Assembly (NCBI GenBank): GCA_945903645.1 | Contig: CAMDOM010000013.1 | Span: 485-64,484, forward strand | DNA from: Chryseobacterium gleum | GTDB lineage: Bacteria; Bacteroidota; Bacteroidia; UBA10329 | Reading direction: 5' to 3' | Length of the DNA stretch: 64,000 bases | In this document: piece after piece, positions 42,066 through 51,585 of the stretch | How positions within the stretch are numbered: the stretch's first letter is position 1 | Layout: each line of letters opens with the position of its first letter | Program-made: the position numbers and the translations under genes | Notes under the pieces: model-generated | Databases searched by the model: none | What the model was told of the DNA's origin: nothing | What the model saw: only the letters and a program-made list of their open reading frames with translations

Positions 42066-42335
42066 CCTTTCCGTTCCGTTCCGAAGCTTCGGAACTTCGG
42101 AAACAAGCGAAGTTGCCCCAGCTGGACTAAGTGTTCCTGATGCGCTCATTGAAGAGTTCCGTAGGGTCTCTTCATTGGAATAGTACACGGACGGTTTGTA
42201 ACCGTCCACAACCCCTAGCTTAATTAAGTGTACCCGATGCGCTCGTTGCAGCATTCCGAAGGGGTCTCTTTATCCGAACCCGTTCCGTTCCTTTCCGTTC
42301 CGAAGCTTCGGAACTTCGGAAACAAGCGAAGTTGC
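42066..42335 (+). repeat. Mosaic repeat cluster with a perfect 41-bp direct repeat containing palindrome GTTCCGAAGCTTCGGAAC
   Basis: 42076-42116 identical to 42295-42335; partial copy near 41398-41426; hairpin ggacggtt-tgt-aaccgtcc at 42189-42207. Confidence 0.85.
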
Positions 42336-42404
42336 ACAACAAACCCTAAGCTTTTGTTACCCTTTTAATCATGCCTAAAATGGAGAAAAGCCTACTTTTG
42401 AGAT

Positions 42405-42965
42405 ATGAAAAACATCGATGGTAAAAGCTTGGAAAATGCTTTTCGGTTATTTGAATCGGGTGATATAACCACTATAGAAATTGGCACAACCAAAGGGTTG
42501 CAGCAACTACATCGCTATCTATTTGATGGCCTGTTTGAGTTTGCAGGCGAGTTGCGGACCAAAAACATATCAAAAGGCGGTTTTCGGTTTGCGACAGCTT
42601 TGTATTTGAATGAGATTTTGGCAAAAGTGGAATTGATGCCCGAAAACACATTTGAAGAGATAATTACCAAATATGTAGAAATGAATATTGCCCACCCTTT
42701 TATGGAAGGCAATGGCAGAACAATGCGGATATGGCTCGATATGATTTTGAAAGCACGCCTGCAAAAAATGGTAAATTGGCAGTTTGTGAGTAAAGAACTT
42801 TACCTACAAGCCATGGAACGCAGCCCCATTAACGATTTGGAATTAAGAACCTTGCTTGTTGCCAATTTAACGGACGAAGTAAACAACCGCGAAATCATTT
42901 TTAAGGGCATAGAGCAATCCTATTATTACGAAGGCTACGAAAAAGGAAGCGATGATGAAGAGTAG
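42405..42965 (+). CDS. fic: Fic-family adenylyltransferase (class III, C-terminal autoinhibitory motif)
   Basis: [12 protein letters not shown]; C-terminal SYYYEG fits (S/T)xxxE(G/N). Confidence 0.92.
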   Translation: MKNIDGKSLENAFRLFESGDITTIEIGTTKGLQQLHRYLFDGLFEFAGELRTKNISKGGFRFATALYLNEILAKVELMPENTFEEIITKYVEMNIAHPFMEGNGRTMRIWLDMILKARLQKMVNWQFVSKELYLQAMERSPINDLELRTLLVANLTDEVNNREIIFKGIEQSYYYEGYEKGSDDEE

Positions 42966-43112
42966 CCCCAACCGGCTAGTGTTCCCGGGCTTGTTGCAGC
43001 GTTCCTTAGAAAGTAGGGTAATCTTTCATAATTAAAAATTCCTAATTCCTAGCTCCCTTGCCAAGGTTAGGTGTGGCAATAGCCTTATCTTTGCTTTATA
43101 AATGCATAGGTC

Positions 43113-43524
43113 ATGAGCGAGGAAGACATCCGCTGGAAGCAGCATTTTGCCAATTACGACAGGGCTTTTGAGCGCCTGCACGAATCAATGGAAGAAAAGG
43201 AACTAAACGAGCTGGAGCGCAATGGTTTGGTGCAGCGCTTTGAGTCTACACTCGAGCTGGCCTGGAAAACCATGAAAGATTTTTTAGAAGAAAAGGGCTT
43301 TGCCTTCAAGCCATCGCCCAAAGACACCTTCCGTCAGGCACAGCAAGCGCAATATATTACCTATGCACAAGCGCTCATTGACGGGCTTGACCTTCGCAAC
43401 GAACTAGCGCACGATTATGATGGGTAACAAGTTTCTAAAAGCCGAAACACATCTGCGCACCGAAACCTTTCCTGCGCTCAAAAACCTACACCGTTTCTTT
43501 GTGCAGCAGCTAAACGAAACTTAA
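43113..43524 (+). pseudogene. HEPN (HI0074-like) toxin, frameshifted
   Basis: VQRFE..LELAWK, RNELAH (RX4H); extra base near 43422-43425, coding continues NKFLKAETHLR...QLNET* in +1 frame. Confidence 0.8.
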
Positions 43525-43537
43525 GGCAATCTGTTCA

Positions 43538-43915
43538 ATGACTGATAAAATCCCCTCGCTTTACGGTTTAACAGAGCGCAATATTAAAACCCTGTATGCT
43601 GTTTTTAGTAAGTATTCAGATATCAAACAGGTGCATCTGTTCGGCAGTCGCGCCAAAGGCAACTTTAAAATAGGTAGCGATATAGATTTGGCTGTAATGA
43701 ACAAAGAGTTACAAGCCATAACTATAGCCCACGTGCTTGCAGATTGTGCCGAAAGCGACCTACCGGTGGCAGTTGATATAGTAGATTTTAATACCCTTAC
43801 CAACCCCGAATTTATAGACCATATACAGCGCGTAGGTGTTTTGTTTTATCCCCCAGCAGATCTAAGTGTTCCCAATGCTAGTTGCCCCCGCCCGCCAAAG
43901 TCCGTGCGAAGATGA
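43538..43915 (+). CDS. Minimal nucleotidyltransferase (MNT) antitoxin
   Basis: LFGSRAKG...SDIDLAV, VDIV; the last ~21 residues are encoded from the repeat at 43850 onward. Confidence 0.88.
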   Translation: MTDKIPSLYGLTERNIKTLYAVFSKYSDIKQVHLFGSRAKGNFKIGSDIDLAVMNKELQAITIAHVLADCAESDLPVAVDIVDFNTLTNPEFIDHIQRVGVLFYPPADLSVPNASCPRPPKSVRR

Positions 43916-44048
43916 CGCTCTCCATACCCAGTAAGGACGAGTGTTTGCTCTTCTAAAATCGTTTCATTTAGCATCATTTACGCTGTTTTACACTCGTTAA
44001 TGCGATTGTTGTTAAGGGTATGCGCAGCTTTGCGGAAAATCACGAACC

Positions 44049-44948
44049 ATGACCTACAATCGTTCAATTTCCACTATGCTCTCCATGCTACTCATCTTTG
44101 GTTCATGCAGCAGTCAAGAAACCGCCAATGAGCAACCAGCAGCGCCTAACAAAGAAGCTGTGAAGAAGCAAACCCACAGCTACGGAGGCTGGTATTGTCC
44201 AGACAATTTCGGTTTTGTTCCTGTGGATATACAAAAGCTTAGTGAAGTTCCTGCCATTGCCAATCGGCTACCAACAGATCAGGAACTGACCGACCACAAA
44301 TCGCTCATCAAAGTCGATACAGCGCTTTATCCCGATGCACGGGCTTTGAACATGAACCTTCCACGTGTAGCTAGCATTTACTCCGAACACAAGGGCATGA
44401 GCGAGCTCATTATCGTCATTCAGGCCATTGTGGTGGAAGAAGATACCGTTGTGGGCTATCGTTTTATGAACGGTGGAAATGGTTCTGCACGGTTGAGCGA
44501 GGTTAGTTTTCTATCGGATGATGCGATTGCAAAGATGGGTTCGCAACCCTTCTTTTATTCCAAGGCGGTGCTCCATGCCACACCTGAGAACATCTGGAAT
44601 GCCCTCATCAAAACCGATTACTTCCTAAAACTTGGGGTGAAATTCGACAGGAAAGTGTTCTTCTCTTCTGCATGGAATCCAAATTCTGAAACGAAATTGA
44701 CTCTAGACACCAAGTCCGAAAAGGCAACAGGCTATGTTGGAGTGGTGTACGGCAATTTTTACTTGCAAATCGATTACCTTAAAGATGAGGTTCATTATTC
44801 AGAGAAGATGCTCCTCGCTGAGAATATGGAAGACCACACCACCGAACTCTACTTTGCAAGCGGTCCTTTCCCAAAGGACTTTGCTAAACAAAAGTTGAAA
44901 TGGGATAATTGGGTTGAAGCAGTGTCGAAGGCCAGCGATACTCACTGA
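44049..44948 (+). CDS. Hypothetical lipoprotein, possible C-terminal SRPBCC-like domain
   Basis: Lipobox FGSC; GGWYCPDN; ATPENIWNAL resembles SRPBCC starts. Confidence 0.7.
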   Translation: MTYNRSISTMLSMLLIFGSCSSQETANEQPAAPNKEAVKKQTHSYGGWYCPDNFGFVPVDIQKLSEVPAIANRLPTDQELTDHKSLIKVDTALYPDARALNMNLPRVASIYSEHKGMSELIIVIQAIVVEEDTVVGYRFMNGGNGSARLSEVSFLSDDAIAKMGSQPFFYSKAVLHATPENIWNALIKTDYFLKLGVKFDRKVFFSSAWNPNSETKLTLDTKSEKATGYVGVVYGNFYLQIDYLKDEVHYSEKMLLAENMEDHTTELYFASGPFPKDFAKQKLKWDNWVEAVSKASDTH

Positions 44949-45133
44949 CCCCCGGCTGATGCAGGTGTTCACGCTGGGCTCGTTGCACCGACCAAACCGA
45001 CCAACAGGAGCTCATTGCGGAACGCAATAACGGAGCTCACTGCAGCATGCACAGCCAAAAAGTTACGCAGTGCCCCGAGCAACGGAAGTGTTGATTGTAA
45101 GACAGCATTGTTCGAAAAGCATCTGGGAAATGC

Positions 45134-47053
45134 TCAGTTTTTATGTACTACCAATTTAGCAACTTGGCGAACGGCCTGTCCGGTTATCTCAACGAAATAG
45201 AGCCCACTAGCCAAAGACGGTAGCATAAATGCATTATTCTGAATTGCTGAAATCGGGTAGGAATAGACCATCTTTCCGCTAAGATTGTGTAGCTGTATAG
45301 AAGATACCCGAGGATCAACTCGGGATAGCGAAAAAGATTCGGAGACTGGATTTGGGAGAATTTCAATGCGTTCAAACTTCGGATTCTCCGAAATAGAGGT
45401 GATACTATTGTTTGCCGAAATAATTCGAAGTTCTGGATCGAAAACCACATCATTCACCTCAAAGGGCAATGGTGTGGTAAAAACTTGTCCACTAAAGGTA
45501 TGATTGAATGTGATGATGGTATCTTGTGACTGATTTGAAAATCGAATAGGTATCGGAAGTTCAAAGAAGTCTACGCTGCTATGCGATTGGCTTTGATTAA
45601 CAGTTAAACTTACCACACCATTGGGAGTCTGCTGCCAATCAACGGTATACGAAGGGTAGCCCTCACCTGTAAACCAGTCGTCAAAATACCATGAAAGATT
45701 TTGACCACTTGCTGCTTCCATGTTCGCTTTAAGCTCTGGAGTTCGTGCAAATGCGTAGGCATTTCCTGCATCAGTAAGGTAATTGCGCGTGGCAGCAAAA
45801 AATGCGCTATCGCCAATTACCCAGCGCATCATGTGCAATACCATGGCTCCCTTGGCATAAGATAGCCTACCACTAAAAATACGCCCAATATCGGACGTGT
45901 CACCACATAGCACCGAGCCATCTGGTTGGCTTACCACATTGGCAATGCGCTGCTCTTTGAAAGACATCCAGTATTGCGGCAAAAGAAATTCGTAGCACAA
46001 ACCTGAGAGATAGGTAGCGAATCCTTCATTGAGCCAAATATCTTCCCAGCTACCACAGGTCACTTTGTCGCCAAACCAATGATGGGCCAGTTCATGCGCC
46101 ATAAGTTCGTAATTCCAACCTCCCATAAATGTAATGGTTTGATGCTCCATGCCACCGCCCCAACCCATTTGAGCATGACCATATTTCTCCAACTTAAAAG
46201 GATAATCCCCAAAAAGCGATGCATACAGTTGCATTTGCGCCACCACATCTGGTGTTACGCTTTGAGCGGTGGCAAAATCTTCAGGATAAACGTAATTAAC
46301 CACTTCCACGGTGTGATTGTCAAAGGGTACAAGGTTGGTATACACTTCGTAGTCCGTTACTGCCATGCAAATGAGATACGTTGCTATTGGATAGCGATGC
46401 TTCCAATGAAATACTTTGTTGGAACCTTCATCAGTTTCTGAAACCAGAAGCCCATTGCTTACTGCTTTATAGGCTTGTGGAGTGGTAATAAATACATCCA
46501 TAGAATCCACTTTATCTTGCAAATTCTGTTTGCAGGGCCACCAGTCTTTTGCACCATAAGGCTCCGAAAGCGTCCAAATTATAGGGGCTCCATTGTGTGT
46601 AGACTGCACAAACGAACCTAAACCAGTATTTGGAGGCGTTCCTTCATAGTTTATCAATACCGAATCTAGCTGCATTGCAGCAACCTCAATGGGTAAAGTA
46701 ATACGAAGTATATCGCCAGCTATTTGACTAAACTGCGCAGGCGAACCATGATAAGTAACGCTGTTTACTATCAAATCCGTACTCAAATCAAACTCCAAGT
46801 GACTTAAGTTTTCTGTGGGCTTAAAATGAGAACTAACATTTCCCGTTATATAATTCACATTTGGATTCACCTCCCAATCCATTCGCTGATACACAAGGTC
46901 GTAATTGTTTGTTGCCTGGCGTTCGGGCGCCTGCAGCAAGCCCAAATAGGCTTTTTCTTCCAATTCATATAGTCGTGAAAGGTCTGTAGGCTGTGCCAAA
47001 CACATAGTAGAAACTGGGGAAAATAGGAGCGAAGTGATTATAATTCTGAGCAT
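45134..47053 (-). CDS. M1-family aminopeptidase with T9SS C-terminal sorting domain
   Basis: GGMEHQ, HELAH...WLNEG; CTD ILPNP...SGLYFVEI...KLVV. Confidence 0.92.
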   Translation of the reverse strand: MLRIIITSLLFSPVSTMCLAQPTDLSRLYELEEKAYLGLLQAPERQATNNYDLVYQRMDWEVNPNVNYITGNVSSHFKPTENLSHLEFDLSTDLIVNSVTYHGSPAQFSQIAGDILRITLPIEVAAMQLDSVLINYEGTPPNTGLGSFVQSTHNGAPIIWTLSEPYGAKDWWPCKQNLQDKVDSMDVFITTPQAYKAVSNGLLVSETDEGSNKVFHWKHRYPIATYLICMAVTDYEVYTNLVPFDNHTVEVVNYVYPEDFATAQSVTPDVVAQMQLYASLFGDYPFKLEKYGHAQMGWGGGMEHQTITFMGGWNYELMAHELAHHWFGDKVTCGSWEDIWLNEGFATYLSGLCYEFLLPQYWMSFKEQRIANVVSQPDGSVLCGDTSDIGRIFSGRLSYAKGAMVLHMMRWVIGDSAFFAATRNYLTDAGNAYAFARTPELKANMEAASGQNLSWYFDDWFTGEGYPSYTVDWQQTPNGVVSLTVNQSQSHSSVDFFELPIPIRFSNQSQDTIITFNHTFSGQVFTTPLPFEVNDVVFDPELRIISANNSITSISENPKFERIEILPNPVSESFSLSRVDPRVSSIQLHNLSGKMVYSYPISAIQNNAFMLPSLASGLYFVEITGQAVRQVAKLVVHKN

Positions 47054-47345
47054 GACATGAAACAGGTTGTTCAAATGTACATGAAAAATGAAGCATCACG
47101 CAGCTAGTAAACCCCCCAGCTGGACTAAGTGTTCCAGCGCTCGTTGAACCAAACGTAGGGAGCTCATTGCGGTATGCAATAACAAAAAGTTCTGGAGTGT
47201 CTGCCCAGCGCTAAGTTGTGACTTCGCAATAATCTCACCCCCACCCAGCCAGACTAAGTGTTTCTTTCCTTAGGCCAAAGTTTTCTAAGTTCCAAAAAAT
47301 ACTATCTTACTCGCAACTACTATCTATTTAAACACACAATAAACA

Positions 47346-47726
47346 ATGGGATTTTTTTCAGCATTGCTCGGCAACGCGGGCGCAGTAAGTCAAGACGACC
47401 TAAACAAAGAATATGAAACACTACTCTGCGAAGGCGAACAGTTTGAACTTGGATTCAAGCTTATCCGCGACATGTTTCTATTCACCAACAAGCGGCTTAT
47501 CTTAATAGACAAGCAAAGCATCACCAGTAGTAAGGTTGAGTATATGTCGGTGGCATATAAGAGTATATCTCGGTTTAGTGTAGAAACTGCTGGCACCTTT
47601 GACCTTGATGCCGAACTTAAAATCTGGGTATCTAGCGAATTGCAGCCAAGTATTAAGAAGCAGTTTAATAAATCAGTCAATGTCTATGATGTACAACGTG
47701 TGTTAGCTCAGCATGTGCTGCAATAG
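47346..47726 (+). CDS. Bacterial PH-domain protein
   Basis: IRDMFLFTNKRLILIDKQ, FSVETAGTFDLDAELKIW. Confidence 0.88.
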   Translation: MGFFSALLGNAGAVSQDDLNKEYETLLCEGEQFELGFKLIRDMFLFTNKRLILIDKQSITSSKVEYMSVAYKSISRFSVETAGTFDLDAELKIWVSSELQPSIKKQFNKSVNVYDVQRVLAQHVLQ

Positions 47727-47918
47727 ATAATGCTGCAGAAACCTTTGAGCTTGACGAAGGGCAACACCTTGGGTACAGTGAGTGCGCGTGCACCACAACT
47801 GGGTAAAATGGCAACAAATTATGCTGCACAGTAATTTTCGTCAGGGATAGGGTGTGGCAAAGCGGCTAATCTTGAACCGCTTTTAACGAAATACCAAGAT
47901 TTCGGTAATGACTCCAGT

Positions 47919-49280
47919 TTAATTCCCTGCTACTTTACTGGCAAGCTTGCTCAACTCTAACCCGTCAAAATTGCCCGAGCTCATCATAAGCAGATTGCGC
48001 TTACGCCACTTTTCACTCAGCAAGTGTTTGCGCAGTTCTTCGATATCGGTATACACTTCCACATCCTTGCGTCCAAAGGCTTTCTTTACATCCTTTTTAT
48101 GCAGTTCGGGTAGCTTTTTATGCTTCAAAGTATGCGGATTGAAATATACAATGGCCTCATCTGCCGCATCCATGCTGCCAGCATACTCTTTCATAAAGTC
48201 AGCATTGAGCGAACTGAATGTATGCAGTTCCATGCAGGCCGTAAGCTTGCGGTCGGGAAACTGTTCTTTTACTGCGTTTACAGTCGCTTTAAGCTTGGAT
48301 GGCGAATGTGCAAAGTCTTTGAACACTGAAACTCTACCATTTTCTGCTAGTAATTCGAGGCGGTTATTGGCGCCCTTAAAGCTCTGTATAGCTTCATAAA
48401 ACTGCTTGTTGCTTAACCCAACGCTAAGGCAAATTAGCCGCGCTCCATTGAGGTTTGTAAGGTTGTGCTTGCCAAATATCTGCAACGGCACTTTGCCTTC
48501 ATCGGTAAGCAAAAAGGTTTTTCCGTCTTTAGTAATATGCGAAGGCACACTGTAGGGCAATTTTGTTATTTTATTGAGGCATTCATCGGCCACATGGTTC
48601 ACTTCTTCATCGTCTATGCAATAGATAAGTGTGCCGTTTTTCTCAATCAAATCGACAAACATGCTGAATTGCTCTACATAGTTTTCGAAGGTGTGAAACA
48701 CGTTTACATGGTCCCACGCTATGCCACTAATAAGGGCAATGTGCGGTTGATAGAGATGAAACTTTGGGCGTCTATCTATTGGGCTTGAGAGGTATTCGTC
48801 ACCTTCCAACACCACTATTTTGGCTTTGTCGGTAAGGCGTACCATGGTATCGAATCCCGCCAATTGGGCACCCACCATATAGTCGCAATCTACTTTACTG
48901 TGGCTAAGGGCATGCAACACCATTGCGGTGATGGTGGTTTTTCCGTGGCTACCGCCTATCACTATTCGCTTTTTCTTTTTGGTTTGCTCATAGATGTATT
49001 CGGGGTATGAAAAAATACGCAGATTGAGCTCTTGTGCCCGAAGCAATTCGGGATTGTCGGCACGTGCATGCATACCCAATATCACCGCTTCTATATCTGG
49101 CGTAATGCTATCTGCATTCCAACCCATTGTTTCGGGCATTAGCCCAAAAGTAGCCAATCGGGTTTTGGAAGGTTCAAACACTTCATCATCAGAGCCCGAA
49201 ACCTTGTAGCCCATGTGATGCAGCGCCAAAGCCAAATTGTGCATCGCACTTCCTCCAATTGCAATAAAATGAACTCGCAT
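47919..49280 (-). CDS. mpl: Mur ligase (Mpl/MurC-like murein peptide ligase)
   Basis: HFIAIGGSAM, GSHGKTT, EGDEY, DFAHSP. Confidence 0.85.
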   Translation of the reverse strand: MRVHFIAIGGSAMHNLALALHHMGYKVSGSDDEVFEPSKTRLATFGLMPETMGWNADSITPDIEAVILGMHARADNPELLRAQELNLRIFSYPEYIYEQTKKKKRIVIGGSHGKTTITAMVLHALSHSKVDCDYMVGAQLAGFDTMVRLTDKAKIVVLEGDEYLSSPIDRRPKFHLYQPHIALISGIAWDHVNVFHTFENYVEQFSMFVDLIEKNGTLIYCIDDEEVNHVADECLNKITKLPYSVPSHITKDGKTFLLTDEGKVPLQIFGKHNLTNLNGARLICLSVGLSNKQFYEAIQSFKGANNRLELLAENGRVSVFKDFAHSPSKLKATVNAVKEQFPDRKLTACMELHTFSSLNADFMKEYAGSMDAADEAIVYFNPHTLKHKKLPELHKKDVKKAFGRKDVEVYTDIEELRKHLLSEKWRKRNLLMMSSGNFDGLELSKLASKVAGN

Positions 49281-49630
49281 GCTGCTAATGTTATTTTAAT
49301 GTTAACCGACTGCAAATTAAAGCAACTCTTGCGGTGTAGGTATGTTAAGTTTTTGTGGTAGAAATAAGAGGAGTATGCCTCTAAACTTGATGTACTTTCG
49401 AGTTATACGAATCCGAATAGGCGGTACTAGGTTTTTGAATTTTAACCTAATCCAATCGAATAGCTTTCTAAAGCGTTTAGGAATGATTAGTTACCTGATA
49501 ATCAATTGTTAAAAACAAAGATGTAAGTCTGGGCTTCCCGTTTTTGAAAAAGGAGTTAGTGCTGGGCAAAGGCCCCGCTGCATATATCCAGAAGATTACT
49601 AAGCAAAACAAAAAAGTTAGGACATACAGC

Positions 49631-49834
49631 CTAAGCCAATAGCCACGCCAGCAGCACTACGCAGCCCTTGGTGGTGCGGTTATATACCCTATTGTAGGCT
49701 GCTTTTTTGGGGTTAGTAAGCCAGCCCATGCCGCGTGGGGCTTTTATGCCAAGGTTGTGGCGCACTATGCGTTTTAACGAAGTGCGCGCTGCGATGCGCT
49801 TGTTAAGGCTGGGTTTGCGAAATCCGAATTTCAT
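49631..49834 (-). CDS. Small highly basic hypothetical protein (67 aa; start revised to ATG 49834)
   Basis: MKFGFRKPSL...GMGWLTNPKKAAYNRVYNRTT; ATGA overlap with the GNAT stop. Confidence 0.7.
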   Translation of the reverse strand: MKFGFRKPSLNKRIAARTSLKRIVRHNLGIKAPRGMGWLTNPKKAAYNRVYNRTTKGCVVLLAWLLA

Positions 49835-50337
49835 GGGCTGGGAGGCAAGGTGAGTTGCATAAACTGCAAATCCAGCCATCGGTCGAATTTGAAGCCCACT
49901 TCTTTCATCAGCCCTACTTCTACAAATCCAAATTTGCGATGAAACGCAATGCTGTGGGCGTTTGTAGCATCTATGCCCGCCATCATGGTGTGCAAACCTT
50001 GGGCCTTGGCTTGGGCAATAAGGGCGTGCAACATGGCCGAACCAATGCCCTTGCCTTGGGCCGCATCATTTATATATATAGAATGCTCCACGCAAAAGCG
50101 ATAGCCTTCTTTGGGGCGAAATATGCCATAGGTGCCATAGCCCATCACGCCACTGTTGACCTTGGCTACCAGCACGGGCATGGTATCGTTTTGCTTGGCG
50201 GAAAACCATAGCTCCAGTTGTTCCATTGTCCAAGGCGTGTAGGAATAAATAGCGGTGGAGGTAAGGATGTTGTGGTTTAGTATGGCCAATATGCCCGCAA
50301 GGTCGCTGGCTGTGGCTGGGCAGATGGTTGGGTTCAT
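49831..50337 (-). CDS. GNAT acetyltransferase (Pat/YncA-like)
   Basis: VEHSIY, QGKGIG, SIAFHRKFGF, VGFKFDRWLD. Confidence 0.9.
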   Translation of the reverse strand: MNPTICPATASDLAGILAILNHNILTSTAIYSYTPWTMEQLELWFSAKQNDTMPVLVAKVNSGVMGYGTYGIFRPKEGYRFCVEHSIYINDAAQGKGIGSAMLHALIAQAKAQGLHTMMAGIDATNAHSIAFHRKFGFVEVGLMKEVGFKFDRWLDLQFMQLTLPPSP

Positions 50338-50356
50338 GGGCGAAAGATGTGATTAT

Positions 50357-51562
50357 TTATCCCACCACACACACAAACAACCCCTGTGTTTTATCGCCAA
50401 AAAGATGGAATAACGATGCGAAGCGCACCGTGCCCACCACATAGTTGAAACTGGGCGAGCGGTATTCTTCTTCGATGCTTATAATATCTATGGCATCGAG
50501 ATGGGCGCGGTTGACATAGCGCACATACACCTTTAGCTCGAAGTCGGTATCGAGCTGGGTTTCGGGGCTGTGGCTGCCGTTTTTGAGGGCTTTGCGCAGC
50601 TTTTTGTGTTCGTATTTGTAACCGTATGTCAGGGCCGATATGTCCGAAAGCACCGCGCTGCCAGTGGGGTAGGAGCCTGCACCCTTGCCAGCCAAGGTTT
50701 GACGGTCGCTGTAGGCGCCTTCCACTTCCACGGCATTGTATTCGTCCATAATGTTGTAGAGGGTGCGGCCGCGTTCCACAAAATGGGGCAACACGTAGGC
50801 CCGCACTTTGTCGCCCTGCTTGTGCGCTTTGGCCACTAGCTTGATGCGGCTATCGCGCTGGCGGGCATAGCGAATATCATCAAACGTTACGTTTTGAATG
50901 CCCAAGTTGAGGATTTGCTCTGGTTTTAGCACCAAACCAAAGGCATGCACAGTGAGCAACAGCAGCTTGTATTTGCTGTCGTAGCCCGCCACATCTAGCC
51001 AAGGATCGGTTTCGGCAAAGCCTTTATCTTTAGCAAGATTAAGCGCTTCGGGGTAGCCGAGGTTGTCGCGCTCCATGCGGGTAAGAATGTAGTTGCTTGA
51101 GCCGTTGACTATGCCTTCCACGCTATCCAGCAGTTCGTTGTCGTAGTATTCCTCCAAGTTGCGAATGATCGGGATGCTGCCACCAGCCGAACCTTCGTAC
51201 AGCAATGCCACGCCATATTTTAAAGATAAGTGATAGAGTTCTTCAAAGTGCTCGGCCAGCATTTTTTTGTTGGCAGTCACCACATTCACCCCTTTGCGAA
51301 TGGCGGTACTCACTATGCGATAGGCCTCATCTGCATCGTCAATCAATTCCACCACCACGTCAAGGTTGTCGCGCTTTAGAATGTCTTCCTTATCGTAGGT
51401 AAACATTTCCATGGGCAGTCTGCGCTGCTTATGGCGGTCTTTTACGCATATTTTGGCAATGGTAGCTTCGAGCACCTGCGAGTGGTTCAGCACATCATAG
51501 AGCCCTTGGCCCACACAGCCAAAGCCAAACAGGCCGATTGTTATTTTCTTTTGGTCAGACAT
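50357..51562 (-). CDS. hom: Homoserine dehydrogenase
   Basis: GFGCVG, VVTANK, GIVNGSSNYIL, DVAGYD, GKGAG..PTGSAV. Confidence 0.9.
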   Translation of the reverse strand: MSDQKKITIGLFGFGCVGQGLYDVLNHSQVLEATIAKICVKDRHKQRRLPMEMFTYDKEDILKRDNLDVVVELIDDADEAYRIVSTAIRKGVNVVTANKKMLAEHFEELYHLSLKYGVALLYEGSAGGSIPIIRNLEEYYDNELLDSVEGIVNGSSNYILTRMERDNLGYPEALNLAKDKGFAETDPWLDVAGYDSKYKLLLLTVHAFGLVLKPEQILNLGIQNVTFDDIRYARQRDSRIKLVAKAHKQGDKVRAYVLPHFVERGRTLYNIMDEYNAVEVEGAYSDRQTLAGKGAGSYPTGSAVLSDISALTYGYKYEHKKLRKALKNGSHSPETQLDTDFELKVYVRYVNRAHLDAIDIISIEEEYRSPSFNYVVGTVRFASLFHLFGDKTQGLFVCVVG

Positions 51563-51585
51563 TGGAAGAGGAGTAAGGAGTAAGT

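Larger units (their letters stand above)
39357..47263 (+). repeat. Dispersed co-oriented repeat family CCCC-AGC-nGG-ACTAAGTGTTCC...GCTCGTTGCA (about 11 degenerate copies)
   Basis: Cores near 39357, 39403, 40889, 41335, 42116, 42212, 42966, 43850, 44949, 47112, 47244. Confidence 0.8.

Noticed and set aside
39357-47263. CRISPR array
   Set aside because: Repeats are degenerate and irregularly spaced (tens of bp to about 2 kb) with whole genes between them; no cas genes in the window.
37817-47726. Classical integron or prophage
   Set aside because: No tyrosine recombinase, no clear RYYYAAC...GTTRRRY attC structure and no phage structural genes.
49281-49630. 350-bp AT-rich intergenic region as a possible ncRNA
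   Set aside because: No recognisable tRNA, riboswitch or strong structure by eye.
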